Shown in pieces: positions 1-8,570 of a stretch of 44,358 bases of DNA. A program made the position numbers and the translations under genes. Position 1 is the first letter of the stretch, and every line of letters begins with the position of its first letter. The DNA comes from a virus (taxonomy: Duplodnaviria > Caudoviricetes). The notes under the pieces were generated by a model that was given only the letters and a program-made list of their open reading frames with translations, did no database searches and was not told the DNA's origin. Location: the IMG/VR virus record IMGVR_UViG_3300048857_000049, positions 1-44,358 of that record; one strand, 5' to 3'.

Positions 1-1260
1 ATGAGCCCCTCCAAGACGCGACGCCGCGACGCCGGTTCCGGCGGTCTCTACCAGGACTCCCGCGGCCTCTGGACAGCCGTCGTCGAGCTCCCCGCCGTCG
101 GCGACGAACGGCGACGGAAGGTCATCCGGTCCAAGGACAAGGCCGTCGCCGCGCGCAAGCTCAAGGAGGTCCGCGCCGAGCTCGACCGCGCCGGCGACCT
201 CGCGACGTCATCGCCCACGGTGGCGGTGTGGATGCGGACCTGGCTCGACCGCATCGCGCGGCCCCGGCTCAAGCCGCGCACCTTCGAGACCTACGAGGGC
301 TACGTCGACCGGTACATCGTCCCCGCGATCGGCAAGATCCGGCTCGACAAGCTCACCACCGCGCACGTCCGCAAGGTCCACGAGCAGGTGACCGTGGTCT
401 CCGGCCTCTCGTCGACGACCGCGCTGCAGGCCCACCGCATCCTCGCGAAGTCCCTCACCGACGCCATGCGCGAGGGGCGCGTCTCCCGGAACGTCGCCAC
501 CCTCACCGACGCCCCCCGCAAGGCCGTCAGCACCCGCGGCGCGCTCGTGTCCGACCACGCCCGGGCGCTCCTCGTGTCCGTCGCCAACGACGAGACCGCC
601 GCTGCGCAGTGGTCCATCGCGCTCCTCACCGGCATGCGCCAGGGCGAGCGGCTCGGCCTGACGCGCGACGCGATCGACCTCGACGCGGGTGTCATCACCG
701 TGTCCTGGCAGCTGCAGCGGCTCCGGTGGGAGCACGGCTGCGGGGCGCGCCGTTCGGACCGGACCTGGCCGTGCGGGAAGTCGCGGGGAGGCTCGTGCCC
801 CGACCGGCACCTCGACGTCCCCGCCGGGCAGGAGGCGAAGCGCGTCTACGGCGGCCTGTGGCTCACGCGTCCGAAGTCTCGCGCCGGCTGGCGTGAGGTC
901 CCGATGCCGCCGCTGCTCGCCGAGGTCATGACCCGGTACCTCGCCTCCCACCAGCCCGGCGACGAGGGGCTCATCTTCGTCCGCACCGACCGGCACCCGA
1001 TCGACCCTCGCGACGACTCGGCCGCCTGGGACCGGGCACTGCGTGACGCGGGCCTTCCCGACGTCGTCTTGCACTCGGCCCGGCACACGACCGCGACACT
1101 GCTGCTCGAGCTTGGCGTCCCGGAGAAGGTGCGGGTGCAGATCATGGGGCACTCGTCGGCGACGACCACTGCTGGCTACACGCACGTTGCGGACCCGCTC
1201 ATGCGCGACGCGCTCGGCCGTCTCGGGACGCTGCTCGCACCGCAGATCGAAGGGCCGTGA
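1..1260 (+). CDS. int: Tyrosine recombinase / phage integrase
   Basis: N-terminal arm-binding-like region (GSGGLYQDSRGLW); catalytic motifs GMRQGE (R), LHSARH (HxxR), MGHS (H), GYTH (Y); Cys-rich insert HGC..PCG..GGSCP. Confidence 0.95.
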   Translation: MSPSKTRRRDAGSGGLYQDSRGLWTAVVELPAVGDERRRKVIRSKDKAVAARKLKEVRAELDRAGDLATSSPTVAVWMRTWLDRIARPRLKPRTFETYEGYVDRYIVPAIGKIRLDKLTTAHVRKVHEQVTVVSGLSSTTALQAHRILAKSLTDAMREGRVSRNVATLTDAPRKAVSTRGALVSDHARALLVSVANDETAAAQWSIALLTGMRQGERLGLTRDAIDLDAGVITVSWQLQRLRWEHGCGARRSDRTWPCGKSRGGSCPDRHLDVPAGQEAKRVYGGLWLTRPKSRAGWREVPMPPLLAEVMTRYLASHQPGDEGLIFVRTDRHPIDPRDDSAAWDRALRDAGLPDVVLHSARHTTATLLLELGVPEKVRVQIMGHSSATTTAGYTHVADPLMRDALGRLGTLLAPQIEGP

Positions 1261-1416
1261 CAATGAGGAGGCAGCGACCCGCGATAGTCATCCAGTGCAT
1301 CGAAGCTCAGCCCTCTCCGCGCCGGCCAAGGATCGACCCCAATGAGTACAGGCGCATGGTGGCCCGGGTGCTCGCGATGCTGAGGTCGAATCCGACTACG
1401 ACGAGGCGTGGCGCCT

Positions 1417-1695
1417 TTAGCGCCTCCGCACGTCTTCGACGGGCAGCCACACGGCTCCTGTCATCACGCGTGCGTCGGCGATGCGGACACGGATCAGGTG
1501 GCGATCCCACTCGACAGCGACCGTGTCCAGCAGCTCCACCCCCGTCTCCCAGCGCAACGCCACCGTGACCGGAATCGGGGCCTCGACGTCACGATGCTTC
1601 CCGGGCGGCACAGGGCGGGCGTTCAGCAGCGGCACCGTCGACAGCACCCGCGACTGGCCTCCAGGGACGTTGCCGAGTAGGGACCGGTCAGGCAT
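1417..1695 (-). CDS. Small hypothetical protein
   Basis: Protein-like composition ending AVWLPVEDVRRR; ATG at 1695 lies 6 nt after a GACGAT -10-like hexamer (leaderless start inferred). Confidence 0.55.
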   Translation of the reverse strand: MPDRSLLGNVPGGQSRVLSTVPLLNARPVPPGKHRDVEAPIPVTVALRWETGVELLDTVAVEWDRHLIRVRIADARVMTGAVWLPVEDVRRR

Positions 1696-1736
1696 GAGGT
1701 CATCGTCGCACCGTCCGCCCACAGTTCACGCCTGCT

Positions 1737-3188
1737 CTACTCGGTCGGCGTCGTCTGGTACGCGTCCACCACACCCAGGTCGGTATCGAGGGTCTGCACG
1801 AGCTCGAACCTTGGGGTCAGCACGTCTGTGCAGGAGGGTGTAGCGACGATCCCAAGGCGCTCGGCGTCGGGCTGGTCTCGCATGGTGTCGTCCGGCGTGC
1901 ACAGCAGGACGGGGGCGCCAGGGCCGTGTTGCTGGATGATCGCCGCGTCAGCGTAGGGCGGGAGCAGCAGGTACACATCCCCATACCGTCCGGTGCGGTC
2001 GACGAGCACGAGCGTCCTCCCGCGTTCGACCTCCGCACGAGCCTGCGCTGCCTGCTCGATCAATTCCTTCTGCGCGCCTGCGAAGTGGCCCCAGGTCGAG
2101 TACCCGTTTACCGCCGCGGCGGCGCACACAACTACGGCGACCGCGGCAAGCGTCCAGTCCGCGCGGGCAGGGACCCTAGTGCGGGCCAGCGCGCAGGCCA
2201 ACACCACGAAGATGGTTAGCCCAGTGGGCAGGGCCACGCGCTCCGGGTCGTTGAGGTGAGCGGGCTGCGCGGCGTAGATCAGTGCCGTGAACGGAGCCGC
2301 GAGGAGGCCGACCAGATGCAGGAGTGCGTCACGCGGCGGCAGAGCCCGTCGCGCAGCAAGCGCGACGATGAGCGTAGCGACCAGCCCGCCAAAGATGACT
2401 GTCGCCTCTGCTTCCCGAAGCAGGGTTCTCGCGACCGCGCGCACCGACGCGCCGAGGTCGACGCCCCCGCTCATCAGTTGCTCCTCGTACGAGCTCTCAC
2501 TGATCCGGGGCACGATGAGGGCTGACCACGATAGGACCGCGATGACCGTGGCGGTAGCCGCGCCGACCGTCACAAGGGATCGGGCCGCGTCGAACGCGGC
2601 CCGAGCAGACAGTAGGACGGCAGCCATGAGCACGGGGCCAGCCGGGGCCTGGTAGCAGAGGAGCCCGGCTGCGGGCCCTCCTACCATCCCGACGATCCAC
2701 CACCTCGAGCCGCCAGCCAGGTAGCGCGTTGCGGCGGCGAACCACACGGCGACACCCAGAACCGCGACCTGAGCGGACAGGAACCGCAGGATGCCGCCGG
2801 CCATCCACCACGGGTGCAGCGCAACCAGCAACCCGAGTGACCATCGCAGCCAAGGGGACGCGAGAACGGGCCGCAGCCCCCACCCGATCGCAGCGAACTG
2901 ACTGAGCGCCACGAACGCCAGCACGAGGTACATCCCGACGAACCCACCACCAGACAGCGACAGGCCGAGGTAGTGCGGCACCAAGTGCAGCGGGCGCCCC
3001 ATGGTGCCGTCCAGTAGTGCAGGGAACCCCGCCCATCCCTGGTTGTCCCAAGCGAGCGCGAGTCCCCACTCTTCGAGGATCCCGCCCTGCCAGGGGCGGA
3101 AGTGGGCGAAGAACACGACGAGCGCGGCCCCGGCGAGTAGCGCTGGCGCGACGATGCGCCGGGACGAGTTGGCAGGGGAGGCAGGCAC
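1737..3188 (-). CDS. Multi-pass membrane protein, putative GT-C fold glycosyltransferase (GtrII-like moron)
   Basis: About 10 hydrophobic segments, acidic EEW in the first loop followed by GRPL, and a C-terminal soluble domain; this architecture is typical of lipid-sugar-dependent GT-C enzymes. Confidence 0.6.
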   Translation of the reverse strand: MPASPANSSRRIVAPALLAGAALVVFFAHFRPWQGGILEEWGLALAWDNQGWAGFPALLDGTMGRPLHLVPHYLGLSLSGGGFVGMYLVLAFVALSQFAAIGWGLRPVLASPWLRWSLGLLVALHPWWMAGGILRFLSAQVAVLGVAVWFAAATRYLAGGSRWWIVGMVGGPAAGLLCYQAPAGPVLMAAVLLSARAAFDAARSLVTVGAATATVIAVLSWSALIVPRISESSYEEQLMSGGVDLGASVRAVARTLLREAEATVIFGGLVATLIVALAARRALPPRDALLHLVGLLAAPFTALIYAAQPAHLNDPERVALPTGLTIFVVLACALARTRVPARADWTLAAVAVVVCAAAAVNGYSTWGHFAGAQKELIEQAAQARAEVERGRTLVLVDRTGRYGDVYLLLPPYADAAIIQQHGPGAPVLLCTPDDTMRDQPDAERLGIVATPSCTDVLTPRFELVQTLDTDLGVVDAYQTTPTE

Positions 3189-3194
3189 GCTAGA

Positions 3195-3200
3195 AACCTA
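3195..3200 (-). promoter_or_regulatory. -10 hexamer TAGGTT, leaderless promoter for the 1737-3188 gene
   Basis: TANNNT match 6 nt upstream of the GTG start; no Shine-Dalgarno; lies downstream of a terminator. Confidence 0.6.
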
Positions 3201-3230
3201 ACGCGTCGAGCCGCCATCGGAACGCACGAA

Positions 3231-3264
3231 ACGGCCCCACCCGGCCGAAGCCAGGTGGGGCCGT
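3231..3264 (-). terminator. Intrinsic terminator ending the late operon
   Basis: Minus strand ACGGCCCCACCTGGC-TTCG-GCCGGGTGGGGCCGT followed by TTCGT; cUUCGg tetraloop; sits just after the tailspike stop. Confidence 0.85.
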
Positions 3265-3278
3265 CCGTGCGGGACTGT

Positions 3279-4745
3279 TCAGGTCTCGCGGTTGGTTCCG
3301 ATGGTTCCTGGTGCCACGCCGGTCCTGGGGGCGACGGCGTTGCCGATCGTCATGTTCCCGTTGTAGATGACCGTGTTCACCGCGAAGTTGAACCCGTACG
3401 CCTGAGACGTCGAGCCGGCGATGTTGCCCGAGATGTTGCCGATGACGTTGGCCGTGCCGTTCTGGATGTCCAGACCGATCCGGCGCCCGGAAGCTGTCGC
3501 GAGCCCGTTGGAGTCGAAGTGGTTCCCTGAGAACAGCATCTGGTTGCCCGCGGAGGACACCCCGCTGTAGGAGTTCTGCACGAAGTAGCAACCGGACACG
3601 AGGCCGGCTGTCGTGTTCCCTGACACGACCATCCCGTAGCCGATGTTGCTCTTCGGCACCGGGCCGGTACTCCATCCTGCCTCGGCAAAGATCCCCGGCC
3701 CGGTCGGGTCGGTCCCGCAGAGTTCGAAGTACGTGTTGGTGATCTGGTGCGTGCCGCCGAACGTGTCCAGGTAAAGCTCGTCGTTGCCGTCGCCGCCGAA
3801 GAAGCAATCGGAGATGCGGACCGCCGCAATGCCGTCTGCGGAACTCGGTGCGGCCACGATCACCCCGCGCCCGACGTTGGCGTAGGTGTAGCACTGGACG
3901 AGCTTGCCGAACGCGCAACTACCCTTGCCGACGGCCGAGACGACGCGGAACCCGTCGCCGCCGTTGCCCTGAGATAGGACGTTGAGGAGGTACCACTGCA
4001 GCGGGTTGTACGACGATGCCTGGTTGGTGATGAGCACGCCGTGCGAGAAGTTCCACTCCACGACCGTGTTGGTGAGGTTTCCCAGCGAGCACCCGCCGAG
4101 TCGAACCCCGATGCCATGCTTGCGGATCCGGAGGTCATCGAGCATCGCGCCGCCGGACGTGATCCCGAAGTCGATGCCGTACCCGACATCGCTCGTCGGC
4201 TGCACCTCCTTGGTGATCGTCATACCGAGCAGCGCACAGTCGGGGCCGCCCGTGAACTTCACCGACGTGAGCGTCGGGTTGGTCGACGTCAGAGTCGTCG
4301 CGTTCGAACCGGACCCGATGAGCTTCTGCGGGCCGTACAGGTTGATCGTCCTGGCGATGTGGAACTTCCCCGGCGGCAGGCGCACCACCCGCGACTGAGA
4401 CAGGGCCAGGTCGATGATGTCGGAGTTCACAGCGGCGTCGGACGGGCTGGTGGACAAGACTCCCCATAGCCCGATGTACGACGAGTCGTCGACGGGCTGG
4501 TAGGGGCCGTAGATCTGGTCCGTTACCTGCCGGCTCTGGGACGTGGCGCTCTGGAACAGGGCAGCGATCTGGTCGTCCACGGGTGCGCCGGCCTGCTCCG
4601 CGTACTGCTGCGCGAGCGCGGCGGCGGCCTCGGCCTCGGTGGCGTTCTGGTACGCGCCGCTGAAAGCCGTGTTGAGGGTGTTCGCGTTCAGCGGCGTGGT
4701 GGTGTTCGGGAGATCCTTGAATACCACGGGGGGCTCAGTCGCCAC
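3279..4745 (-). CDS. Tailspike / polysaccharide depolymerase with right-handed parallel beta-helix (pectate lyase 3-like)
   Basis: VVRLPPGKFHIARTINL..KLIGSGSNATTL beta-helix start; many Asn/Gly-rich repeats; N-terminal TPLNANTLN phage motif; GGAGGA RBS. Confidence 0.8.
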   Translation of the reverse strand: MATEPPVVFKDLPNTTTPLNANTLNTAFSGAYQNATEAEAAAALAQQYAEQAGAPVDDQIAALFQSATSQSRQVTDQIYGPYQPVDDSSYIGLWGVLSTSPSDAAVNSDIIDLALSQSRVVRLPPGKFHIARTINLYGPQKLIGSGSNATTLTSTNPTLTSVKFTGGPDCALLGMTITKEVQPTSDVGYGIDFGITSGGAMLDDLRIRKHGIGVRLGGCSLGNLTNTVVEWNFSHGVLITNQASSYNPLQWYLLNVLSQGNGGDGFRVVSAVGKGSCAFGKLVQCYTYANVGRGVIVAAPSSADGIAAVRISDCFFGGDGNDELYLDTFGGTHQITNTYFELCGTDPTGPGIFAEAGWSTGPVPKSNIGYGMVVSGNTTAGLVSGCYFVQNSYSGVSSAGNQMLFSGNHFDSNGLATASGRRIGLDIQNGTANVIGNISGNIAGSTSQAYGFNFAVNTVIYNGNMTIGNAVAPRTGVAPGTIGTNRET

Positions 4746-4754
4746 CAGTCCTCC

Positions 4755-4841
4755 TCAGTCGTTGTCTGCGCACGCCTGGGCCGCCGCCAGGGAAGGCCAG
4801 CGGCGGCCGCAGGACGTGCACTCGTACCAGGGGTTGCTCAC
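4755..4841 (-). CDS. 28-aa Cys-containing microprotein (MSNPWYECTSCGRRWPSLAAAQACADND)
   Basis: GTG overlaps the holin stop (GTGA); its stop overlaps the tailspike RBS; CxxC..C pattern. Confidence 0.6.
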   Translation of the reverse strand: MSNPWYECTSCGRRWPSLAAAQACADND

Positions 4842-5188
4842 TCCGGGTCGGCCGCGGTGTAGCCGAGGGTCGACCCGGTCTCCGCGACGGATGCGGGGCC
4901 GGCGACGATCCGGCCGTCCGGCTCGACGATCTGCGCGACCTTCACGTCCGGGGTGGCCTTCCTGCGGGCGAGCATGGTGGTGACGGCCTCGACCGCGACG
5001 TAGAACGCCGCGATCACGCCGACCGCCCACGGCTCGATGCCGTCGGGGAGGTTCAGGCCGAATCCGGCGAGGACCGCGCCGGCGAGCAGGAGGACAGCGC
5101 GGACGGCGGCCTGCACGGCGACGGGCTCGAGGGTCAGGATCCGCTTCCACCAGGACGTGCCAGTGTCGGGGGTCAGGGCGTGGGTCAT
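4838..5188 (-). CDS. Holin
   Basis: 116 aa with two TM segments, EPV..RRKATP pattern of actinophage holins; lysis cassette position; GGAGGA RBS. Confidence 0.75.
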   Translation of the reverse strand: MTHALTPDTGTSWWKRILTLEPVAVQAAVRAVLLLAGAVLAGFGLNLPDGIEPWAVGVIAAFYVAVEAVTTMLARRKATPDVKVAQIVEPDGRIVAGPASVAETGSTLGYTAADPE

Positions 5189-5204
5189 TGGTGTCCTCCT
5201 CAGG

Positions 5205-5453
5205 TCAGGCGGGGGTGAGGCCCTCGAGGAGCCGGTACTGCTTCTCGTGGCGGCGGATGACCATGTAGAGGTTCCGGACGGTCATGGTCTGGCCGTCCGA
5301 CAGGGTGATATTCGTGTCGAGGAGCGCGTTCACGGCGTTGGCCTCGCGGCGGGCCTTGTCGAGCTGGAACTCGTCGGCCCGGAGGACGGACAGGACTGCC
5401 TCGTGGCACATCTGCTTGACCTTGCCCAGGTCGGTGGGGTCGAGGACTGGCAT
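5205..5453 (-). CDS. Hypothetical protein in the lysis cassette
   Basis: TGATG overlap with the endolysin stop, upstream GAAGGGA RBS, good codon usage. Confidence 0.7.
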   Translation of the reverse strand: MPVLDPTDLGKVKQMCHEAVLSVLRADEFQLDKARREANAVNALLDTNITLSDGQTMTVRNLYMVIRRHEKQYRLLEGLTPA

Positions 5454-6283
5454 CAGGCGACCCATCCCTTCGGTGCGTTCTGGTTGATGACGGCATCGCG
5501 CGCCGAGCGTGAACCGAGCGCGGCGAAGTCACGGAAGACCTGCTCGCCCTGCAGGTTCTGGTCGACCTGCTTCCAAGTCGTCTCCCCGGCGGCGACTGCG
5601 CCGATGTACTCGGCCGCGGCTGCCGGCGTGGGGAGCTTCCCCGTGCGGCGCAGGTAGATGGCGATGATCTGGTCCATCGGGTTCTCGTCCTCCTCGGGTT
5701 TCGGGGTGATGGGGCTCGGGGGCAGGACGGGCCGCTCAGCGGTCGGGGCGGCCCCCCAGTTCGCGTGACCGGAAGACACGAGCTCGGGGGACAACAGGTC
5801 GACCCAGTGCCAGGGTTCGTTGACGCTGCGGCCTTCGGCGTTCGACCAGCCGAGCGGGATGAACACCGACCCGAACTGCGCGTAGCGGCGACCGGCGAAC
5901 CCGCCGAGGTCGCGCACGTCGACCGCGCGCGCCTTCCCGTGGTTCGAGGTGCCTGGCACCGCGGCCGCGGCAGCGAGTTGCCCGTCGGACCGTCGGTACC
6001 GGAGGCGGACGTACCGCACGCCGTTCCACCAGCGCACGTCACCCCAGTGACCGCCGCCGGTCTTCGCCGGGGCGTACCGGTCGAGGAACGTGGTGATCTG
6101 CAGCGCGAGCACGCGGTACGCGTCGCCCGGGCCGGACGGTGCCGGGCGCCAGCCGTAGCGGCGGTGGACCTCGGCGCAGCCGCGCTCCCAGGACGCGGCG
6201 GGCCCCGCGAGCAAATGTGCCCCGGCGCGGCCGCTGATCGGGACCAGCGCGGACTCGGGGATCTGACCGTTCGGGTAGTTCAC
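5453..6283 (-). CDS. Endolysin, M15/VanY-like Zn peptidase with a C-terminal domain
   Basis: [13 protein letters not shown] (SxHxxxxAxD) and EPWHW motifs; YPNGQIP N-terminus; Pro-rich linker. Confidence 0.9.
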   Translation of the reverse strand: MNYPNGQIPESALVPISGRAGAHLLAGPAASWERGCAEVHRRYGWRPAPSGPGDAYRVLALQITTFLDRYAPAKTGGGHWGDVRWWNGVRYVRLRYRRSDGQLAAAAAVPGTSNHGKARAVDVRDLGGFAGRRYAQFGSVFIPLGWSNAEGRSVNEPWHWVDLLSPELVSSGHANWGAAPTAERPVLPPSPITPKPEEDENPMDQIIAIYLRRTGKLPTPAAAAEYIGAVAAGETTWKQVDQNLQGEQVFRDFAALGSRSARDAVINQNAPKGWVA

Positions 6284-6951
6284 GGAACGACCTCCGGTCT
6301 GGGGGGGACCCTGCACGGACCCTCGACTGGGATGCCCGTGATGGGGTCGTCGGTGTAGTAGATGAGCCAACGCCCGTCCATGCCGCACACGATGTGGTCG
6401 ATGCCCCGACCCATAGGCCCGGGTGGGCCACTGGAGCCGGGAGGGCCAACCGGGCCCGTCTCGCCGGTGGGCCCGGTCGGCCCAGGAGGCCCCGCAGGAC
6501 CGACCTCGCCTGCGGGGCCGGGGGTCCCCTCTGTGCCTGCCGAGCCACGTGCACCGTCCTTACCGGACGCGCCCGCACCGCCAGCAGCACCAGGCGGCCC
6601 AACCGGGCCAGGAGGTCCAGCCGGGCCCTGTCTCCCCGGCTCGCCCATGTCGCCCTTGGGGCCAGCGCGCCCCGCCGCGCCTGTCGCCCCGGTCGCGCCA
6701 CGGGCGGGCTGCGTTTGCTCAGCGACGTCCTCCGGCTGTTCAGTCGACGGGTCAACGCCTTCCTGTGTCGCCTGGGCGTACAACTCGGCGTACTGGTCGA
6801 GCAGGCCGACGATCTGCCCGTCCCGCTCGTTGAGCTCGGCACGCAGGCTCTCATTCGTCCGCGACACCCAGATCACAACGGCGATCACGAGCGCGCCGGT
6901 GAGGCCCGTGATGATCCAAGTCAAGAGGAGAGTGGCATTCGGTCGCCGCAT
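6280..6951 (-). CDS. Membrane-anchored collagen-like protein
   Basis: N-terminal TM helix, short coiled coil, about 32 consecutive Gly-X-Y triplets, small C-terminal domain with two Cys. Confidence 0.85.
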   Translation of the reverse strand: MRRPNATLLLTWIITGLTGALVIAVVIWVSRTNESLRAELNERDGQIVGLLDQYAELYAQATQEGVDPSTEQPEDVAEQTQPARGATGATGAAGRAGPKGDMGEPGRQGPAGPPGPVGPPGAAGGAGASGKDGARGSAGTEGTPGPAGEVGPAGPPGPTGPTGETGPVGPPGSSGPPGPMGRGIDHIVCGMDGRWLIYYTDDPITGIPVEGPCRVPPRPEVVP

Positions 6952-6956
6952 CCCGG

Positions 6957-7367
6957 TCAGCCCCCTAGCACCTTGATCAGAACAGAGCCGACGATGCCGA
7001 GGACGGCGACGGCCAGAGCCAAGTACGTCCGCTGACGGCCCTCTCGCTGCGCCTTTTCCTGCGCGGCGAGTTGGTCGGCAAGCGCGTCGAGCGCGTCGCG
7101 CGCCTCCTTCTTCGCGATGCTCACGGCGATGACCGACTCGCGTTCGACGCGGCGGACCTCACCGCCAAGATCGCTGTGAGCTGCGCGCGACTCACCGATC
7201 CACTCGGTCAGCTTCGTCTCGTGCTGTATGTGACGGCGCTCATTGCCTTCCTGCCACGCGGCGAACACTTGCTGCGTGACGACGTCCTTGAGGGCCTTCT
7301 GGATGTTCTCGATGCCTCGCATCAGCTCCCAGTTGCTCGGCTCCTGGCCGCCCGGCGAGTCCGGCAT
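6957..7367 (-). CDS. Coiled-coil protein with a C-terminal TM anchor (lysis-associated)
   Basis: Helical body, C-terminal [30 protein letters not shown]; first gene of the lysis cassette. Confidence 0.75.
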   Translation of the reverse strand: MPDSPGGQEPSNWELMRGIENIQKALKDVVTQQVFAAWQEGNERRHIQHETKLTEWIGESRAAHSDLGGEVRRVERESVIAVSIAKKEARDALDALADQLAAQEKAQREGRQRTYLALAVAVLGIVGSVLIKVLGG

Positions 7368-7384
7368 CAACTTCCCCCTGGGTC

Positions 7385-7429
7385 TTGACGGGTGTATTAC
7401 ACCCACCTCATGCTGGGTGTATGACACCC
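7385..7429 (+). promoter_or_regulatory. SigA-type promoter with two palindromic operators
   Basis: -35 TTGACG (7385-7390), 18 bp spacer, -10 CATGCT (7409-7414), ATG 6 nt later; GGGTGTATTACACCC (7390-7404) and GGGTGTATGACACCC (7415-7429). Confidence 0.8.
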
Positions 7430-7645
7430 CGTCGGACATGGCCGCATCCCACCTGGCGCGGCGTATCGCGCCTGCTGGCGCTCGTCATCGTCACTGCCCT
7501 CTCTGGCACGCTCATCGGCCCCGTCATCGGAGGATCGTTCGGCTACACCTGGAGTTACGTCGGTGGCATCGCGGGACCCGCGGCGATGCTCGCGTTCGGC
7601 CTCTGGACGGCCGGGTGGATCCTCCGGTTCAAGGCGCTACCGTGA
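7421..7645 (+). CDS. 74-aa membrane protein with two TM segments
   Basis: Two hydrophobic stretches; leaderless start directly after the promoter; fills the gap between tail and lysis genes on the opposite strand. Confidence 0.7.
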   Translation: MTPRRTWPHPTWRGVSRLLALVIVTALSGTLIGPVIGGSFGYTWSYVGGIAGPAAMLAFGLWTAGWILRFKALP

Positions 7646-7650
7646 CGCGG

Positions 7651-7824
7651 GTGAGCCCGAACCAGCCCAAGACGCCCGCGCGTCCCGTGCGCATCGACGA
7701 TGAGACGTGGGCCAAAGTCGTCGCCGAGGCTGAGGAGCGCACGGCGGCGGGGGCAGAGGGCCGGGTCACCGCCTCGGACATCGTCCGCGAGGCAATCCGG
7801 GAACACCTCGACCGGCGGGCCTAG
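7651..7824 (+). CDS. Ribbon-helix-helix (CopG/Arc-like) DNA-binding protein
   Basis: PNQPKTPARPVRIDDETWAKV..TASDIVREAIREHL RHH pattern; alternative start is the GTG at 7642 overlapping the upstream stop; TACCGT -10-like hexamer at 7638-7643. Confidence 0.85.
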   Translation: MSPNQPKTPARPVRIDDETWAKVVAEAEERTAAGAEGRVTASDIVREAIREHLDRRA

Positions 7825-8570
7825 CGCATGAAAATCACGCTCGCCGAGGTCGAGATGCCCCGGTTGTTCGACGACGCAACCAGGTTGTAAGCGCCAGTCG
7901 AGATCGTGATGTTCCCGCCGTTGAGACCGGTCAGCGTGCGGGTGAAGGCAATCGACCCGGCGTTGCCGAGGATCACGTACTCCGCTCCGTGCGAACCGAT
8001 GATATCCGTGCGGATTGCATAGGAGTCCGTGTTTGGGCCGACCATAGACGAGATTCCGACGACCAGTGCGCGCGAGTAACCGACGGGCACGCCAATCGTC
8101 ACGGGGGCGTAGTTGGTCCAACCAGAGTTGCTGATGGGCTGAACCACGTAGTTGTTACCCACGTCGCTCGTGACCTGGTTGTTCACGAGCGCGTCGATGC
8201 GCGTCACCTGCGTTTGGAGCGCCGTTTGCTGTGCGCTGAGCGCGGCCTGCTGCGCGTTCAGGGTTGTGATCTGCGCCTGCAACGTCGCGTACACGTCCAG
8301 CCCGTTCAGCGCCAGATACGAACCTGTACCGTCACCGTCCGCACCCAACGACCACCCCGACGTACCCAGGTTCGCGCGGTTCGTTCCATCGAAGTCCAAC
8401 GACGCGATCCGCCCCGGCAGCGCCCGCACCCCCGCCGTGCGCAGCAGGTTCTTCGTCGCCTCACGTGTCCGCTGAGCGACATCCTGAACGGCCCCCACGA
8501 GACGCCGAACACCATCCGGCTCCGACGCCGGGAACTGCTGCGGCGCCGGCGGGGACCACGCGTCACTCAT
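7821..8570 (-). CDS. Minor tail protein with a coiled-coil segment
   Basis: Last gene of the tail block; heptad Q/L/A stretch followed by a beta-rich C-terminus. Confidence 0.75.
   Translation of the reverse strand: MSDAWSPPAPQQFPASEPDGVRRLVGAVQDVAQRTREATKNLLRTAGVRALPGRIASLDFDGTNRANLGTSGWSLGADGDGTGSYLALNGLDVYATLQAQITTLNAQQAALSAQQTALQTQVTRIDALVNNQVTSDVGNNYVVQPISNSGWTNYAPVTIGVPVGYSRALVVGISSMVGPNTDSYAIRTDIIGSHGAEYVILGNAGSIAFTRTLTGLNGGNITISTGAYNLVASSNNRGISTSASVIFMR

Noticed and set aside
730-812. Cys-rich insertion in the integrase as a novelty or intein
   Set aside because: Short, lacks intein motifs, and similar HGC..CG..CP inserts are common in actinobacterial integrases
1257-1568. Plus-strand ORF overlapping the integrase stop
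   Set aside because: The first 45 aa look plausible, but it runs antisense into the better-supported 1417-1695 gene and has no recognisable motif; left uncalled
6400-6700. GC-rich periodic repeats as a CRISPR array or VNTR
   Set aside because: Explained by collagen Gly-X-Y codons; no constant repeat with unique spacers
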